A DNA stretch of 64,000 nt from the human T2T-CHM13v2.0 reference genome, Homo sapiens: the NCBI RefSeq assembly GCF_009914755.1, contig NC_060936.1. One strand, written 5' to 3'. A program made the position numbers and the translations under genes. Every line of letters begins with the position of its first letter. Position 1 is the stretch's first letter. Under the pieces are notes generated by a model, which was given only the letters and a program-made list of their open reading frames with translations, made no database searches and was not told the DNA's origin. Positions 57,571-64,000 of the stretch are shown here, in pieces.

Positions 57571-57697
57571 TTTCACCTTTTAGGACATGCGTGTGTTCCC
57601 CATTGCTGATGACATCTTCCTTGGCTTTTCTGACATTTGTAAAAGAATAAGCCACATGTTTTGTGTACCCAATAGGATTGTAAGAATCTTCATTTTT

Positions 57698-58049
<352 letters not shown>

Positions 58050-58789
58050 TTATGGATTATGGTTTAGTCAAAGCTGAATTCTTCCCAAAGTTCTTGGAGT
58101 TATACCTTCCTTTAATTTTTCTTGAAACAGTTGTGGGGAGAGGGTTCTGAGCTCAGGCGTTTACCCCCGCGGGGTAAGCTTTCCCTTGAGCCTTGGGTCG
58201 GGGCCACTGGAGGGCACCTTGTACGTGGCTCCTTGAGGCCTGGTGAGGAGGGGCTATGTAAACATGGCAGGGTGTCTTCATACCAGCCACGGGGACCAGA
58301 GGTGGAAGAGAGGAGGAGATGGCGGAGCCCTTTTTGTTCCAGCAAGTGGTAGTCGGTGCATGGCTTGTTACCGTCTGTCAGGGTGTTCTCAGGGGCACCA
58401 CAAGGTACAAATCATGTGTCCTGTCCTCCGGGAGTTGCAGTCTAGTTGGAGAGGTGAGACCCACCTGCAGGGAGGTTGAGCTGTGACCACTAGGAGTGGG
58501 AGGGACAGGATGTGCCCAGGGGTTGACAGCAGGGCCTGGGTGCTTCCCTGTAGGATCTGGGGAGGTGGCATCTGGGGGTGGCTTTGAGGTATGAGCAGGG
58601 TCTGGGGACAGCTGTGTGTGCAGGGCATATTCTGGAGCCTGGAGGGTGCTGCAGGCAAAGTGGTGGCTTGGCGAGGGCCATGGTCTCCAGATCCGACTTG
58701 TCAGGTTCAGCTCTCAGCTGTGTGACCCTGTGCCAGTAACCTCTCTGAGCCTTGTGTCTCCATCTGTAAAATGGAGATGAGGTGGTACC

Positions 58790-59206
58790 TGTATTAGGTC
58801 GTTCTTGCCTTGCTATAAAGAAATACCTGAGACTGGGTAATTTATAAGAAAAGAGGTTTAATTGGCTTATGGTTCTGCAGGCTGTGCGAGAGGCATGGTG
58901 CCAGCATCTGCTTCTGGGGAGGCTGTATGGAGCTTGTGATCATGGCGGAAGGGAAGTGGAGCGGGCACTTTACATGGGAAAGCAGGAGTGGAGGGGGTCG
59001 GGGGGCGGGGTGCCACACACTTTTCAATGACCAGCTCTTGTGTGAACTCAGAGTGAGAACCCACTCATCACCAAGGAGATGGTCCCTGCCATTCACGAGG
59101 AATCCACCCTTGTGATGCAAACACCTCCCACCAGGCCCCACCTGCAGATTGGAGGTTACATTTCAACACGAGATGAGGGTGGGGACAAACATCCACACTC
59201 TTATCA
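58790..59206 (-). mobile_element. MSTA-type MaLR LTR inserted into a MIR
   Basis: TGTATTAGGTCGTTCTTG...ATAAAGAAATACCTGAGACTGGGTAATTTATAAGAAAAGAGGTTTAATTGGC...; near-perfect 5-bp TSD GTACC/GCACC; MIR sequence on both sides. Confidence 0.88.
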
Positions 59207-61115
59207 GCACCTTCCTCTCAGGCTGGCTGGGAGGATTAAATAAGCTGCTGCTCTGCAAAGCGTGCACAGTCAGCTCTCAGTGATCCTGCCTGTCATTGTG
59301 CGGCCGCGGTGGGCTCTGTCGCCTGAAGCACCTGAGTCAGGGTGGGCAGATTCTTCACAGGCAGGCCCGGGTGCCTGTCCCATGGACTGTGGGACCCTGC
59401 CGACCTTAATAAATTATAACCAGGTGCCAGAGCGCTGGCTTTCTTTCATGCAACCTCGGATTTTGTGCCCCAGGTGTATGGATGGAGGCCATGATGCATG
59501 GAGGCTAGGAGGAAAACCAGACAGGGTTTACCAGCCCCCTGGTTGGCCTGGCTATTTTTTCTGAATAATATTCATCAGCAGTTGATATAAAATGAGGGCA
59601 TCCAGCAGAATCATGTTAGCCACTTCATTTAGCCCGACACCCCAGGGGCTGGACTCCCACTGCAGTCCATCCTTTGATTGTGGATGCCACAGATAAAGCA
59701 GAAACGGGTATGTGCCCATCTGTGGAGAATTGACGGGGCCGGGGGAGCCACCCTGTGGGCTTTTCATTCTTAGAAGAGCTTTAACAAAGGTAATCATTAT
59801 GTACTGTGATTTATGGGCCATTTGACAGAAAAGGCTTTTCTCTGTGTGAAGTATCTGATTAGATCCGGCACTTTATAATGGGATTCTTATAGGAGGTAGA
59901 GGTGGGATGGGGTTTTCATTGGCTGTAAAGTTCCACAGTGAATAGTTTTCCTGACATGCTGGAGCAGACGGCTTTGTTTGTTTCTTGCTTAGAGTTGAAT
60001 TATTTTGGATGCCCTTTTTAAACCACCATGTCTTCCCCAGGAGAAACCTTTATATTTAAGGATGCCTTCTCATGCAAGACAGCAAAATTCTTCATTTTAG
60101 TCTGTATGGCATTTGTATTTCAGAGTAATTATCCCTAGCAAATGGCTGCAGGCTGCGTTTAACTGATTCCCACCTCCTTCCCTGAGAGAAAGTCCATTTG
60201 TCAGTTGAGTATAGGGCCAATGTTTTGAGATGGATGTTGCTGCTGAATTCAAAATAGAAAACCACCTTTTCCCAAGATGGCTTGTGGCTTCTGCGGCTGT
60301 TTCTAGTGCAGAAAACAAATCTCCTGTTTGTGTCGCCCCTTTGGTGGTTCTTGGCCACCTACAACAATGCTGCCTGTCAGCTTTGGGGGTAAGCCTAGGC
60401 ACACTTCCTGGGTGACAGTCAATAGCTGGGATTAATTTTATTTGTTCTTGCACAGATATTTGTATCTTGCTATTGTAAACCTCAGGATCTAGTAAGTTAG
60501 TGACAACACATGATATTTGCTGAGCGGTTCTCTGTCATTGAGCTGTAGTTTAGGAAATTGACCCCACATCTGTAGGAAGGGCTCATTAATCTAGCATCTC
60601 CTCCTCTCCCTTCTCCCCACGGGGGAAGCATCTTACTTCAGACCCACTTGGTGAGTGCTTCCTTTTGGGCAATCATTGGAAACAAAGCGTTTGCTAATCA
60701 GGTGATCAATAGCAAACAAAGGACATGGGCTCAGAAGACTTCAAGGCCATTTCCAAAGCCTCCTTCAGCCGTGTTGGTACACACATGGCTTGTTCATTGT
60801 AAGTGATCCTTCTCCGTGGTGGTTATGAAAACACTTAAAATATTCTCTAAAAGACAGCCCTTGGCCCTGTCAGCAGTGCTGATTAAGCAACTTGAAACCT
60901 TCACTCGTTCGATGAGTTTTCCTTCAATTAGCTTGAATCTCTGAGATCTAACTGCCTCCCCTGGTCCCAGGAAGTTTCCAAATCTGGCCACCGTCCCCCT
61001 GGAATCCTGGCTTTTCTGGGGGTAGAAACAGAGGGAAGTGCACGGGTGGAATCAGTGGGTCCGGTCCAGCATTCTGGGACGTTCATGGCGTGTTTCCCTG
61101 CGTTTCGGCCCACAG

Positions 61116-61263
61116 TGTGTTTCTGGATGACTTTCTTGCCACCGGCACCAGTGAGCAGGCCCCGCAGCTGGAGTTCGAGCAGCTGCCCTTCAGCCACCCA
61201 CTGTTCATCATGTTCTCATCGGGCACCACGGGCGCACCCAAGTGCATGGTGCATTCCGCTGGG
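61116..61263 (+). CDS. AACS: AACS exon 8 (148 nt), containing the AMP-binding P-loop
   Basis: cccacag|T; (S)[49 protein letters not shown]; [10 protein letters not shown] signature at 61213-61242; GGG|gtaggt donor. Confidence 0.98.
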
Positions 61264-61674
61264 GTAGGTCTCTGGGGAAGGCTCTGCAGGGCCTCCTGTT
61301 GTCTGTTTGCTTCAACAGGGCCTCCCAGCTGATGATGGCAGTGTTGGAGTTGTCAAACTGCACCCCATCCCCGGAGAGTCCAACGTGCAGCTTCTCTCCA
61401 AGTGGGGTGCTGCACGGAGATCCGGCACTGGGCCCAGGGCAGTGGAGTGCTGCCACTTCAAAGGCTGGGATGGCACCTAACACCATGGCGATAGGCTTGG
61501 AGGTCACTGTACAGCGCGGTGTGCCTTGGGGGTGGGGGGTGCGCTGGCTGAACCAGCTACTTTCACCCTGCAGGTCTGGACCACCTGGGGGATTGTGAAC
61601 TCAATAGGTGGGCCCTGCCAGTATTTTAAAAAGAACGAATCAGAATAGACAAGAATAGATAATATTAGCGCAGT

Positions 61675-63405
<1,731 letters not shown>

Positions 63406-63469
63406 TGATGTCAACATCCATTTTTAACACGTCCTAAAAGCCTCTTTCGCCTTCTTTCTCTCTCAGCGT

Positions 63470-64000
63470 ATATACACATGTTGTTATTTTGCTTTTTGTT
63501 GAACCAGTTGAGAGTACGTTGGAGCCACAATGATCTTTCACTCTTTAATATTTCAGCACGTATCTCCCAAGAACAGGAGCGTTCTCTTACAGAAGAGTGT
63601 GTAGCGCGCTCATCAAATTCAGGAAGGTTGGCGTTGGTGCAGTGCCGCCCCCTCATCTATGGTCCACAGTCAGGTCGCCAGTTCCCCAGTAGCGTCCTAG
63701 CAGCTCAGGCGGTGGCACGTCAGTCGTCAGGTCTCCTGCATGTCTGGAGCAGCTCCTTGGGCTTCTTCGTCTTCCGTGACACTGACATTTTCAAAGAGCC
63801 CAGGCTCCTGGTTTGGCAGAATGGCTCTGTTTGGGTATGTCTGGTGTCTCCTCGTGGTTAGGTCCAGGTGATGCAGCTTTGGTGGGAACACGCTGGAAAT
63901 GATGTGGTGTTCTTCTCCGTGCATCTATCGGGGGGATACAACGTTAGTGTATTTCATTTCTGTGATTTCACTAGGCCACTCTTCAGAAATGAAATGCCTG
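63470..64000 (-). mobile_element. Old L1 (L1MC/MD-like) fragment, with another piece at ~63000-63120
   Basis: TTGAACCAGTTGAGAGTA...CCCAAGAACAGGAGCGTTCTCTTAC...TTTGGCAGAATG, typical of reverse-strand L1MC. Confidence 0.6.

Overview
Alu-dense hominid (almost certainly human) genomic DNA, recognised as the 5' part of the AACS locus (acetoacetyl-CoA synthetase; human 12q24.31 from recall). It holds ~19 kb of upstream sequence, a CpG-island/GC-box promoter and coding exons 1-8 on the + strand (codons 1-305, all GT-AG, frames consistent); the gene continues past the window. Upstream lie an orphan NF-Y/CpG promoter-like element with a plausible spliced transcript (~3.3-5.0 kb), an L1PA 3' fragment with a 15-bp TSD, a very compact internally deleted SVA, a TOMM6 processed pseudogene, and a MER4 provirus (4-bp TSD) carrying a nested solo MER41A that ends ~550 bp from the predicted AACS TSS. 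The introns contain an LTR47-type LTR with TATA, a consensus splice donor and AATAAA, a U6 pseudogene, MaLR LTRs, two minisatellites, a 1.3-kb higher-order (TCCA)n array and dozens of Alus. Almost all long entries in the ORF track are repeat artefacts. I see no evidence of a wholly new protein-coding system; the best novelty candidates are regulatory or transcript-level. Repeat subfamily names come from recalled consensus sequences and repeat boundaries are approximate.
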